From: Camelus ferus
Lineage: Eukaryota
Direction: 5' to 3'
DNA length: 64,000 nt
Assembly: GCF_009834535.1 (NCBI RefSeq)
Contig: NC_045698.1
Span: 7,070,001-7,134,000, forward strand
Program-made: the position numbers and the translations under genes
The notes under the pieces: model-generated
The model's database searches: none
What the model saw: only the letters and a program-made list of their open reading frames with translations
Told to the model about the DNA's origin: nothing
In this document: positions 53,134 through 64,000 of the stretch, in pieces
Position numbering within the stretch: position 1 is the stretch's first letter
How the letters are laid out: each line of letters begins with the position of its first letter

Positions 53134-53705
53134 AGCTGGTGGACTTCACACCTTTCCTCTGATGGGACATGAGCTCTTCATCCAGAAGGACAAGAACAGA
53201 TGCTAAAGGCAAAGGGATCACCTGGCCCAGATCCTTCCACGTGCTCTTCTGGATCTGTCTCCACCCTTCTCCACCCTGGTCCCTGCCCCAGGACTCCAGG
53301 CTGATTAAACTCTACAAGAGGTCCCCAAAGAACTGTGGCTTCCAGTTGGGCTCAGCCAGTGAGAGCCCCAGTGGGAGAAGGAGGTGGGGAAGAGAGTGAA
53401 TCAAGGTACTTATTCTCTGGTTCCTCCACTGAGGTCACCTTGGGCTGTTAAGTCCTTCCACAGAATGCTCCTCTCAAGGTCGCTTGCTCCAGCCACTCAT
53501 GCCCCTTCTGGGTTTCCGTAATCTCTCCCTTCCCTCTTCCAATGGTGGCAATGGCCCCAGCATAGCTAGCTCTGGTTCCTTCACTATGTGACGGGTTCCT
53601 GATACCTGCCATACCTTTGTAATGAGTTCCTTTATAAATAAAACCTCTCCAATTTATCCTAACAGAACATGCTATCTGTTACCCCATAGGGACGCTAACC
53701 AATAC
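53134..53705 (+). mobile_element. ERVL LTR (LTR33/LTR16-like), probable 3' LTR of the upstream internal region
   Basis: ggcttccagttgggctcagccagtgagagcccc...gggaagagagtgaatcaaggtacttattc...cctttgtaa...tttataaataaaacctctcc...gacgctaaccaatac. Confidence 0.7.
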
Positions 53706-54889
53706 TCAAGTTTAAATACCATGTGTAGGATCGTGGGTCTGGGAGCTGGTAGGGAGGGGCAGTGACATGAGACCAGGCTCTGTACAACCCTGCAGGAAGT
53801 GCACTGGCATCCCCTCCTAGCTCCTCATCCCTCCAGAACTGTGAGATAATAAATGCTGAGTTTGTGGTACCTGTTATGGCAGCAAAAAAAAAAAAACCAC
53901 AGAGGATTATGAAAATTTCTCTCCCATGCAGCTTTTCTTAGAAAACTGCCCAAGGATGTGCTCTAGCAAAAAGAGGATGTAAACAAAGAAAGGGGAAAGA
54001 GGCAGGGCTAGGATATAGAGTCCTCCACCAGGACAATGGAGAGGGAAGGGCCCTGGGGACAGCGGATGGCACATCTGGAGAGGAAGGCGCAGCTGGAGCA
54101 GGGGTTGGGGCCTCCAGAAGGGTGATGGGCAAGGGAGACTCTGCGTTGCTGCCGAGAAGGGAATGATCAGTCATAAGTCTCTGGCAGCCATGAGCACAGG
54201 ACCTGCCCAAAGCTGGAGTGTCTGGGGAGGGGCCACTGAAAATGGAATGAAATACAATGAAATAAGGCCCCAAAATACCAAGCTGGAAGGAAACCCCCAG
54301 GAAAGCAGAGGCTGCCAGCCTATGACATCTGGCAGCCAGTGGTGCCTCCACCATAAATCTCAGTGGAAGGAGTGACGCTTGGCAGAGGCCCTGGCAGAGG
54401 AGTCTGTACATACATGGTTTTAACCTTCCTTTTGAATTCAGATAATAAAACATCTGTGGTGAGAGAAAGAGAAAGGGAGGGAGAGACAGTGTGTGGCTTT
54501 CTCAAGCTGAAATAACAAGAATTAGATGTTTAAATGTATTACTTCGCATTACACAGTTAAACCAGGGTGGAATGAAATAAGTGAGGTAGCTATTGGGGTG
54601 GGGAAGGAGGGACAGGTGTGATGCTGAATCCTCATCTGTCTCAGCAGGAAGCCAATAGATGCTGTTCGGAGTTGATACATCAAGAGAGAGACGGGTAACT
54701 GCTTTGTTTAGACACGTGGTAACTGCCAGAAGGCTGAAACACAGAGACCCTTTAAGGCAGTTCTGTTTGGAGAACTCGACTGGGATGAGGAGAGGCAGAG
54801 CAAAGGGCTGTCCCTTTTCATTTTATGGCCCTCTGTACTATTTAGTTTCCTAATCCTGTGCTTGAAACCCTTTTTTCTACACTAAAGAA

Positions 54890-54950
54890 AGAGGGAGAAA
54901 GAGGGGGAAGGAGGGAGGGAGGGAGGGACAGAGAGAGGAAGGGAGGGGAG
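54890..54950. repeat. GA-rich low-complexity (GGGA/GAGA) tract
   Basis: gagggagaaagagggggaaggagggagggagggagggacagagagaggaagggagggg. Confidence 0.85.
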
Positions 54951-55814
54951 GCCTCCTGTCTTGCAGTCACTAAAGCTGAAGCCAATGGGACCGCCTCCGG
55001 CTGAGACTGCAGTGGGAGAGGCTGTTTCCAAAGACTGGAGAAAGGTGCTAGGCCAGGAGAAAGCACCTTGTCTGCCCCCTCCATCAACCAGGACCCAGCC
55101 GATTTCTGTGCACCGCCAGCCACACACCAACTCCCCGCACACACTGTGCCACAGACACAGACACACACACTAGAACAGACCAGCCCCATATTTAACAAGA
55201 TGTGTGGTTGTGACCCTCAGACGTACTCAGCTGAAAGGATGCTGAGACAAAGAACCAATTTTGTCGTGAATATAATCCAAATGTTTGTGGGCTGGGAGAC
55301 CCATGAGCTCACCTTTTCTTTAATATGTAAATAGAATGGTTGAATCCTCTTTACCCCTAAATGGGCAGCTCCCATCTTCCCCATAAGATTGGGGATTCTC
55401 TGGGGCTCACAGGGTTTCCAGTCCCCCTTTTCTCTTTCTTCCTCTCACAGATTCCATCATCTCTGTGCAGATACTTCTGGACTTGTGTGTTCTAGCTCCC
55501 TTGGCTATAAAGCACCCACGGAACACAGAACTATTCCTTTATTTCCCCAAAAACACCTCCCCCAAAGTAGCAGATTTACTGAAGACTCGAGGTGATGGTG
55601 AAAAGTTATATTACAGAAGATAAATTAAATAGCAGACATTTCTGATTTTAAAAGGAGAGTCATTCTGATTTGAGGAAATAAAAGCCAAAATTCCTCCCAG
55701 ATCCCCCAGGCCTCCTACTGCAATTCTGTCTCTCTGAGGCCTTGAGACTTTTTCCTGTCACTACTGCTATTCAACAAACCACCCTGGTCTAAAAGGTAAA
55801 ATGCATTTTCTATT

Positions 55815-56480
55815 CTGTACCTATTAGAAAGGCCAAAATCCAGAACACTGACAATACCAAATGCTGGTGAGGATGTGGAGCAACAGGAACCCTCACTTAG
55901 TGCTGGTGGGAATACAAAATGGTACACCTGCTTTGGAAGACAGTTTGATGGGTTCTTGCAAAATTACATATCATCTTACTGCACAGTTCAGCAATCACGC
56001 TCCTTGGTATTTACCCAGAGGAGCTGAAAATACATGTCCACACAAAAACCTTCATACAGATGTTTGTGGAAGCTTTATTCACAAATACCAAAACTTACAA
56101 GCGACCAAGATGTCCTTCAGTAGGTAAATGGATAAATAAACCATGGTTCATCCAGACAATGGAATATGATTCAGGACTAAAAAGAAATGAGCTCTCAAGC
56201 CATGAAAAGACACAGGGGAATCTTAAATGTATACTACAAAGTGAAAGAAGCCAATGTGAAAAGACCAAATACTGTATGATTCCGACTATATAACATTCTT
56301 AAAAAAGGCAAAACTATGCAGATAGTAAAAAGTGGTTGTCAGGAGTTGGGGAGGGGATGCAGGAAGAGATGAGTAGGTGAAGCACAGAAGATTTTTATGG
56401 CAGGGAAAATATGGGAAATCCCTTTACCCTCCTCTCAATTCTGCTGTGAATCTAGAACTACTATAGAGAATATTAAAATA
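55815..56480 (+). mobile_element. L1MB-type 3' end
   Basis: ccaaaatccagaacactgacaataccaaatgctggtgaggatgtggagcaacaggaac; ORF 56060..56293 (MFVEALF...RCPSVGKWINK...MEY). Confidence 0.88.
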
Positions 56481-56489
56481 TTTTTAATG

Positions 56490-56995
56490 CATTATATCAA
56501 CAGGTTCCGGGGATCAGGAATCAGACAGGGCACAATAGGGACAACTTCTTTCTGCTCTGTGATTTCTGGGATCTCCCTGGGGGGACTCACAGGCTGGGTG
56601 TGATCTAATATCTGGGGACTGAAATTTTCTTGAGACATCTTCACTCACATGCCTGGTGGTTACGGTTGATAACTGGCTGAGAACTTGAGCAGACTGGCAA
56701 CCATAAAGCCTCCACCTGTGGTCTCTCCATGTGGTCTCTCTGCCTGGGCTTCCTCACAATATGGCTGCTGTGTTCCAAGAGCAAGCGTCCCAGGAGAACA
56801 CAGTAGAAATACACGGCACTTTTATGACCTAGCCTTGCAAGTCATATGGTGACACTTCTGCTGTACTCCACTGATGGAGGCAATCACAAAGGCCTGCCCC
56901 GGGTGCAGGGGAGGACGGCGTGGCCTCCAGTTTTTGACAGAATAGCCTGCATGATGGGAGATGCTTCCATCTCTGGAAAATACAGTCTTCCATAA
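56490..56995 (-). mobile_element. Old MLT1 (H/J-like) LTR
   Basis: tcaggaatcagacagggcaca...catcttcactcacatgcctgg...tggtctctccatgtgg...gggcttcctcacaatatggctgc...tttatgacctagcctt. Confidence 0.7.
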
Positions 56996-57868
56996 AACCT
57001 CCTGACGTTTCCCATCTCATCTCCTCCATGCTTCTCAGGCTCCCAGAAGCCTCAAAATCCCTTGAACTTGATTACACAAAGCAATTCATTGCTCCCTTTG
57101 TCTCTCCTGCCTCTGCCCCGGGAAACTTCCCCTTTCACACCAGAGTATTTTCCTAAATACCAGACTATTTTCCTAAATAGTCAGCACTATTTAACAGCAT
57201 GCAGGTGCTCAAATTTGGGTCTTACCATGAAATATCTAGCCAAAAGAAATATCTTCCATAACATTGATTGTGTGCTACTCAGGCTTACAGAAATTGTTTC
57301 ACTGTAATCTATGGACACCACATCTGCAAAGCTGTATTAATACTTAACCCATAGTAGGGGGGCAAAAATATTTAGTGAGTGGGTGAAAGGATAAATAAAT
57401 GAATGAATCAAATAGACTATCAGCCAAGACATGGAAATAATCTCATTACTTGGAATTGAGTGTTTTAATGTTATTCATTAAAATAGATTCTGTCTTATTT
57501 GTGATATATGTGTGCTTAAAATTCATGGAGAAAATGAGCATTTTAATTACAAAATACTGAAATCATTAATAATTTAAAGATCATCATTCAGCATCCTTTC
57601 TAAGTAACCAAGTCTGCTAAACCCTTGCAGACAAACCAGACAAGTGCAAGGGCACAGCTAAAGGGCAGGCGCAAGAGGAGGGAGAAATGGGCTGGGCCAA
57701 CTGCCCCCCTACTCAGGACACGGAAGAGTTTAACCCAATCACCAAAATCCAAGAGGCCCAAGGATGCTGTGGGAGAAAGGGAAGGATGGGGATTGCCAGG
57801 GGACTATGACCTCTCTGGGTGATCTGAGACTCTGCTAATAAAGAGACCATGGCCACATCCAGCCCTTT

Positions 57869-57993
57869 CCCACTGCAACCCTCAGTCTAGACATCCTCCC
57901 CCACTGCAACCCTCGGTCTAGACAGCCTCCCCCACTCTAACCCCTAGTCTAAATAGCCTCCCCCACTGCAAACCCCGGTCTAGTTAGTCTTCC
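57869..57993. repeat. 31-bp minisatellite, ~4 copies
   Basis: cccactgcaaccctcagtctagacatcctcc / cccactgcaaccctcggtctagacagcctcc / cccactctaacccctagtctaaatagcctcc / cccactgcaaaccccggtctagttagtcttcc. Confidence 0.9.
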
Positions 57994-58669
57994 CCCTCCC
58001 GTTGCCAAGGGCAGCCTGCCTCTCCACCTTAATTCCTTCATCTGCTTTGCCCCACCACCAGGAAGGCATCTCTCCTCAACTCCTGCAACTAAGTCAAACC
58101 TACCCTTTAGGACTCGGTCAAATGCCACATCCCCTGAGAAGCAAAAAGGCTCCATCACCCAGCCCAGCGCTAATTTCACGTCCTCTGAGCTCCCCTGTGC
58201 TCTGCACTCTCTGCCACAGTACTTACCATATTCTCTTGTCTCTAACAAATCACGAAAGCCCAACATTCAGGATGCACTTCCTTGATGAGTTATCTCCATG
58301 GCGGCTCCATTTCACCCACTCAGCAGCTCCATGAAGCACTATGACTGACTGTCCTCATCTTATAGAACTGAGGCCAGAGAATGAGCAACTTGTTCAAGGC
58401 CACACCACCAGACTGAAATACAGGTGAACCCTGGGGTGCCTACTGGGTCCATGAACAACCAGTCCCAAGGTCACCTGGAGTGAGGGGAGGGGGTGGTCAC
58501 TCTGGGGAGGTTATGGCGATGCCCCCATGTCAGGGTTCCCATTCAGGGTCTGGTGGGCCAATGCAGCCACACCTGCCCAATTAGAGGTGTGCAGATTATA
58601 GTCCTCCAGAGAGCAGATAAGGGACAATCAAATAAGGGACCACGAATACTGCTTGTTACCTCTCAGAGA

Positions 58670-60030
58670 TTTATCAGTGAAGGCAAAGTGCTTATAACAG
58701 GTGTCACACATAAAGAGTTAGTTACATGTTACTTGCACCAAAAAAATAAGTTTCCCAAACTGGCTTTGCTTTTTTAAAAAGATGACTAGTAAGTAGTCAG
58801 ATATCATCCAAATACTTTTGAAAAAATACACCCTCCACCTGTCCCTTCAAAGTAAAAATAACACATTAAAATGAGTATGAAAAAAAGGAGTAACACTATA
58901 CAGAGCTTCTGAATACAGATACATGGAAATGTTTTCATATTATACGACTTTGTTGCCCAAAACAAGACAACACATCATCTCCTAAACTCTCATATCTGCA
59001 CACTTAAAGCAAAATTTTCTAATCTGTTTAAAAGACTTCCAAATGAATATTTTCAACGACTTTTGATTCCATATGTTTTAAACTGCATAACTGGTAGATG
59101 GGATTTTAAAAATGAGTTTCATCAAAGACATGAAGTCAGTTTCTGGAATTTATTGTAAACTGGGATTTTTATGAATCTTTGCCAAATTTATTTCTTTAAA
59201 TCTTAAACATGACTTTTTCTTCTCCATGTAATTAAATGATATAGAGGCGTTATTCAACTACAAATGAAAGGAGATTAACAAAGCTGGTATACTGTGAATT
59301 GCATATAAATACACCAAGATCAAATTTGGAAAAAGTCATTGACAAATTTGCTAAAATTAAGACTTAAGAACAGAAAATTTAATGGTACTATTTGTCATTG
59401 CAAACAAAACACAAAAAAACAAAAAACCCCGGGGTGTGAGTGTACTTTGATAGAGCACGTGCTTAGCATGCACAAGGTCCTGGTTTCAATCCCCAGCATC
59501 TCCACTGGAAAAAAAAAAACTATTATGTGCATACTTATAAGCTTTTTTCTCTTTTTCCTACAAATATATTAATGGAATTTTTAAAGTATGAATCCATAAC
59601 TTTTTCCTTTTCTACTGTAATTTTTATTTTTTAAAAATTTTACTGGCATGATTAGATAGACAGAGTTCAATAAAAGATTTCGCTGTCAAGAAAAAAATGA
59701 ATTTCATTGTTTAGTGAGCACAACTGTTTGGATCTACATATATTTGTGAAGTCTCGCTCTCAGTTAAGAGAGTATTAAAAGCCGTATCAAAACAAACTGA
59801 ACTTAGAATCTAGCTTCAGATCCCTGTATCACAATATAGTAAACAAGATTTTTTAATAACATATATTTTGATTAAAAGTTCTTAATGTACTTTGATGAGA
59901 ATGGAAAGAAATGGTATAGAAAATTTCAGTACCATTAATAAACAGAAATGTTATTTTTTAAATATTGTGTATTTTATCTTTAGCTCATTTTTAATTTCTA
60001 TTTCATATATTATGTACTGTCAATGTCCTC
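58670..60030 (+). mobile_element. hAT-Charlie transposase remnant (Charlie7/10-like), interrupted by a SINE
   Basis: Degenerate coding pieces: ctgtcccttcaa (LSLQ), ctcatatctgcacacttaaag (LISAHLK), ttttctaatctgtttaaaagacttccaaatgaa (FSNLFKRLPNE), tttggatctacatatatttgtgaagtctcg (FGSTYICEVS; hAT dimerisation domain), aacaaactgaacttagaa (NKLNLE). Confidence 0.7.
59430..59520 (+). mobile_element. Short camelid tRNA-derived SINE
   Basis: gatagagcacgtgcttagcatgcacaaggtcctggtttcaatccccagcatctcc plus A tail; same family as 14962-15128. Confidence 0.8.
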
Positions 60031-61447
60031 CAGCCAAAGCCACAGAAATACATTTGCAAGTGAACAAGTTGCATTTATTCCTCTGTGAGGACGGAGACCA
60101 CACACCATGGATAGCATCTAGTATGGAAATCACGGAGGTTTGGGGTTTGTTTTTTTGTTTGGTTTTTTTTGTTTTTGTTTTTTTTTTCATTTCAGGTAGT
60201 TAACCAGACTGATAAATATTCTTTGCTGAAGCAACCCAACTGGCTTAAGACGTACTATCTTATTAATAAACTGTAGGATTCAACTTGCTAATATTTTCTT
60301 TATGGTTTTTGCATGCACATTCAGAAGTGTACTGAGCTCTCAGATTTCTCTTTTTATTCTTTCCTTGTGTGGTTTTGATAATATGGTTTTTACCAATTTC
60401 ATAAAATGGGTTGGTTGGCGTTCAATCTTTTTCTACATTTCAGAAAAACTTCACCAAATCTAGGTTATCTTCTCCTTGAATAGTTGGTAGAATTCATCTA
60501 CTAAACTGCATGGACTTGGTGTCTCTTGCTTATTGACGTTTGTCGATCGTTTCCATTTATTTTATGATTGTTTCTCTACTTGTTCTTGGGTTGATCTTGA
60601 TTACTTGTATTATCTTAGGAACTTTTCAGTATCAGTTACTTTCTTAATGTATACTTTCAAACGTATAAAGATATTTAATTATCCAAAAAATTTTAAAGAG
60701 CAAATATATCAACAGCTATACAGATCCTTTTTTTTTCCCTTATGATATTTATTTATGCTGTCTTTCTTTTTTATTGATTATACCTGCCTAAAGCCTACTG
60801 ATTTCATTAACCACTTTAAAGAACTTGCTTCTGGTTTGGTTGATTGACTCTCCTGGACTTTCTGGCTTTCTATTTCACTAATTTCTGCTCTAGTCTATAT
60901 TATTTCCTTCTTTCCACTTTCTTTGGATTTGTTCTGTTCTCCTTTTTTGCAGGGTTTTCTTTTTTTTTTTTTTTAACAGCTAAGGAAGCTTAGCTAATTT
61001 CTTTTCAATCCTTCTTGTTTTCTAATAAGTGCACTTCTGGCTCTAAATTCCCATGTGAGTAACACTTTGGCTTTATCTCACAACTTTATATGCACAACTT
61101 TCACAGTCATTTGGTTTTAAGTACTGTAACTTCCGTTTTGATTTTCTCGTTAAAACGTGAATTATTTAGAAGGTATTTTTTTAATCCAATGTACACAAGG
61201 GATATTCTGTCTATCTTTTTATTGGTGGTTACTGTTTTTACTGCATTGCCTCCAAAGAATAAGGACTCAATAACTTCAACCTTGGGACACTGCACATTTT
61301 TCTTGTGGCCTAAGACATGGTTAATTTTAATAAATTTTCCTGTATATTTCTTAAATGATCATACTCAGTTGCGTGTTAATTAAAATTTTCAAAACCTTGC
61401 TATTCTTATTAATTATTCTTTCACTTGATCTGTTTGTTTTTGAGAAT

Positions 61448-62332
61448 TGTATTTGTTCCCTGTGGCTGCCATAACAAACTACCTCAAACTTAGTGGTTTA
61501 AAACAACAGAAGTGTATTCTCTCACAGTTCCAGAGACCAGAAGTCCAAAATCAAGGTGTCAGTGGGACCACACCCACTCCCAAGGCCCCAAGAGACAGAT
61601 CTCTTCTCTGCCTCTTCCATCTTCAGGTGGCTTCTGCCCACCCACATTTCTTGGCTGGAGGCCACCCCACTCCCGTCTCTCCCACTCCTCTTGTGTCTAG
61701 TCTCCCTCTGCCTCTCTCTTAATAAAATAATGCCATTTGCAGCAACATGGATGGACCTGAAGATCATCATTCTAAGTGAAATAAGTCAGACAGAGAAAGA
61801 AAAATACCATATGGTATCACTTACATGTGGAATCTAAAAAAAGAGACAAACTTGTTTACAAAACAGAAACAGACTCACAGACATAGAAAATAAACTCATG
61901 GTTACCAGGGGGAAGGGTGTGGGAAGGGATAAATTCGGAGTTTAAGATTTGCAGATACTGACTACTATATATAAAAATAGATAAACAACGAGTTTCTACT
62001 CTATAGCACAGGGAACTATATTCAATATCTTGTAGTATAATGAAAAAGAATATGAAAATGAATATACATATGTATATGTATGACTGAACTATTATGCTGT
62101 ACACCAGAAATCGACAAAACGTTGTAAACTGACTATAATTTAATAAAAACTAAAATCGAAGAAAAAAAATACTTGTGATGGTGTTTGGAGCCCACCTGGA
62201 TAACCCAGGATGATCTCATCTCAAGATTCTTAACTTAATTACATTTGCAAAGGCTCTTTACAAGTAAGGTAATATTTAGAGGCTCTGGGGATTAGTATCT
62301 AAACATATCTTAGGGCAATTCAGCCTGCTACC
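61448..62332 (-). mobile_element. MLT1C/D-like LTR split by an L1
   Basis: tgtatttgttccctgtggctgccataacaaactacc...ctctgcctctctctt [L1] acttgtgatggtgtttggagcccacctggataacccaggatgatctc...ttcagcctgctacca. Confidence 0.85.
61720..62170 (+). mobile_element. Young camelid-type L1 3' end
   Basis: ORF 61556 ends NKIMPFAATWMDLKIIILSEISQTEKEKYHMVSLTCGI; same 3' UTR as the other young L1s; A-rich tail at ~62140-62169; no clear TSD. Confidence 0.92.
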
Positions 62333-64000
62333 AGAGGGGTTGGTTACAATCGCTTCAATTCCATGTCTGTCAACTTCTCCTTACAATTCAAAGAAGTTTA
62401 GCTGTAACTATTTGGAAAATGTGGTATTAGATGCATATCATGTCAAAACTATTGTATCTCCTTGGTGCATTTTCATTTTTATTAATATAAAATGTCTGTC
62501 TCTGTCCTTCTTAATAGTTCTCATTTTGAGTTCTAATTTACCTGTATGAATATTGCTCATTATCTTTTTAAATTAATTTTAAAACTTTCAGAGTCATTTT
62601 GTTTCAGCCTGATTTTATATCACCATGGCTGATTTGGGCTTATCGCTGCCAATACAACAGTATCTGTTCTCTTCACCCTGCTTTCTCTTTGGACCCTGTC
62701 CTCCCTAAATCTGACTTCTACGTACCCGCCCTGTGCAGCTGACACCACAGCCTCAGGTGTCTCCAAGTTCAGTGACAACTTCCGGGGTAGGCACGACTTA
62801 CATGAAGAATGCTGTAACTGTCCCAGAAGAGCATGCCACACTTCTTTCAAGCAGGCGTTCTGAGAACTGTGTGATGACCAGTTACTTTCCCTTTCTGTCA
62901 GAACCCCACCATGATTTTCCACGGCCCCAGCAACGGAACCTCTTGTGCAATATTTCAAGTGCTCTCGCTATTTTAAAATGCATCAGGTCACACTGTTCTT
63001 TTGTCGAAAAATAATAACACGTTTCAAAGTATCCTGTGGACATAGCCAAAGAACACACTTTGAGAGTTAGCTATGAATAGGGCTCGGTTTTAAAGGCAGC
63101 TAATGAAAGCCGAACAAACCCCGTCATTCGAAATTGTTTTGTCATCCACTCACTTATTTTTTTTTTTTTTTAACCAAGCTCAGGCAGAGTTGACTTTGAA
63201 AAGGACAGAGTTACAGAGGGGCACCAGTGTGCCGAAGAGAGAGGGGCCACGGAGGCAAAGTGAGCTCCTCTCTCCACCACCCCAAGCAAATATTCTTGGC
63301 TCGATTCAGCTGCAGCTGCAGAGCTAGTAAAATCCGAGAAAAGAAGGAACACAGTGGATAAAGAAGACAGAAATGAAAGACGAAAGTGCAGCCAAGAGAA
63401 TCTCTAAGATGAGGCAGAGGCATTAGAGAGAAAAGGAATTTATAACCCAGAGAATACACTTAGCTGAGGCTTCTCACATTTCTACTATCTATGTTAGCAT
63501 CTTCCGGGTTCAGATAAAAGAATGCTCTGTCCCAGTCATTATTCATGCTTCTTCTAAAGGCACAAATTCCAGCAGAGGCAATTTCGGGGGGAACTGAACT
63601 ATTTATTTACTGGAGTCTTGCTTATGACTGTTGTATCCAGGCAAGAGAACAGATCTGGCTCCCACAGAAAGCAGGGCTGGCTTCCTCCCTCCTACAACTC
63701 TGGAAGGGGCCCTGCTGACCCAAAATGAGAGCCAGTTATAAAACCTCGGCAAGGCCAAGGGCGGAGGCAGCACCGCCCAGCGAGGGAAGCCATAAACTAG
63801 GTGGAAAGACATCCTCACCCTGCACTTTCCCAGAACGCATCCTCAGGTGTGGGGTTTAAATCACTCTACCAACTAGTTTCTGTAAACAGGTCACTGGGCA
63901 TCCACAAATTCAGAACTGCCGGGAGGAAAGCTCAGTAGGGTGATTAGACCTTACCCGACCTCCTTCACCCAGAGACCTGGTGCCTCTGTGGGGGATGAGT

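Larger units (their letters stand above)
60200..62620 (-). mobile_element. Old L1M ORF2 remnant (antisense), interrupted by MLT1 and a young L1
   Basis: ggattcaacttgctaatatttt, tggtagaattcatct, tctatttcactaatttctgctct, tttttcttgtggcctaagacatgg, ttcaattccatgtctgtcaacttctcct. Confidence 0.75.

Noticed and set aside
57869..57993. CRISPR-like 31-bp repeats
   Set aside because: Units are head-to-tail with no unique spacers, no cas genes, and the DNA is eukaryotic.
62802..62860. Exon-like minus-strand segment with a gtaagt donor
   Set aside because: Weak acceptor, unrecognised peptide in the open frames, isolated.

Overview
Mammalian non-coding DNA, either intergenic or deep intronic, most likely from a camelid (camel/alpaca). 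The evidence is a tRNA-derived SINE of the camelid Vic-1/SINE_Vpa type, a young L1 family with a cetartiodactyl-type 3' end, and no recognisable ruminant, pig, primate or rodent SINEs. I find no credible protein-coding gene, RNA gene or CRISPR array. The ORFs in the track are chance frames or fragments of L1 ORF2, ERVL pol and a hAT transposase. A large part of the window is layered transposable elements: five young 5'-truncated L1s (four with readable target-site duplications), old L1M fragments, about ten MaLR (MLT1) LTRs, MLT2, two ERV1-type solo LTRs, a degraded ERVL-class provirus half (pol plus 3' LTR), DNA transposons (Tigger1 derivative, MER2, MER58A, MER5A, MER94, Charlie) and MIR/L2. 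The repeat-free stretches include several enhancer-like blocks. The most unusual signal is at about 42.4-43.2 kb. There an old L1 and the left arm of a Tigger1 element appear to have been rewritten by directional A/T->G/C substitutions into a CpG-rich island, as expected from GC-biased gene conversion at a recombination hotspot. I do not see a convincing new multi-gene system. Repeat subfamily names come from recalled consensus sequences and boundaries are approximate.
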